Assembly (NCBI RefSeq): GCF_035285525.1
Contig: NZ_JAYKGW010000229.1
Span: 1 to 13,457, forward strand
Origin: Okeania sp.
GTDB taxonomy: Bacteria > Cyanobacteriota > Cyanobacteriia > Cyanobacteriales > Microcoleaceae
Length of the DNA: 13,457 nucleotides
Direction of reading: 5' to 3'
Shown here: in pieces, positions 13,412 through 13,457 of the stretch
How the letters are laid out: the number at the start of each line of letters is the position of its first letter
How positions within the stretch are numbered: the first letter of the stretch is position 1
Position numbers and translations under genes: made by a program
Notes under the pieces: model-generated
Databases searched by the model: none
Seen by the model: only the letters and a program-made list of their open reading frames with translations
What the model was told of the DNA's origin: nothing

Positions 13412-13457
13412 ATGGCCAAAAATTATGTAACGCCAGGGGAAGCAGCCCGAATTTTGG
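13412..13457 (+). CDS. 5' end of an ORF cut by the window (MAKNYVTPGEAARIL...), possibly an HTH (MerR/excisionase-type) DNA-binding protein
   Basis: The ATG is at 13412. The T-P-G-E-A-A-R-I-L pattern resembles the first helix of HTH_17/MerR-type domains. Only 15 codons are visible and there is no clear SD. Confidence 0.3.
   Translation, partial: MAKNYVTPGEAARIL

Noticed and set aside
1-13457. Search for a defence island, mobile genetic element, toxin-antitoxin pair, retron or biosynthetic cluster
   Set aside because: Every sizeable ORF has a confident housekeeping or signalling assignment. There is no transposase, integrase, nuclease, helicase, reverse transcriptase or methyltransferase, and no small gene pair. 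The only mobile-looking material is non-autonomous (MITE-like inverted repeats).

Overview
This AT-rich segment looks like chromosome from a filamentous, probably heterocystous (Nostocales-type) cyanobacterium. The evidence is 8 HIP1 octamers (GCGATCGC), many heptamer and nonamer short tandem repeats, and the gene content. I support eight complete protein genes and one tRNA. They are pdxA (-), petM (+, 34 aa, absent from the ORF track and hidden antisense to a spurious 75-aa ORF), ycf39/HCF244-like (+), NAD kinase (+), an orphan atypical OmpR-family regulator resembling NblR (+), a secreted DUF192 protein (+), a GNAT acetyltransferase (-), and a 1171-aa CyaC-type adenylate cyclase (+) with the architecture REC-GAF-GAF-HisKA-HATPase-REC-class III cyclase. 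After these come tRNA-Gly(UCC) and the first 15 codons of an HTH-like ORF cut by the window end. Only about 64% of the window is coding. The large intergenic gaps (540-870 bp) hold structured repeats: an 87-bp tandem array with one hairpin per unit, nested MITE-like inverted repeats, a 13-mer present four times, and several STRR-like arrays. I see no transposase, integrase, CRISPR array, toxin-antitoxin pair or recognisable defence genes. The candidates for something undescribed are therefore non-coding. They are a promoter- and terminator-bounded structured ~174-nt element on the minus strand between the GNAT gene and cyaC, the hairpin-bearing 87-bp tandem array at the left edge, and the dispersed AATTAGGGTTTGC motif. 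All functional calls come from reading motifs by eye; no searches were run.
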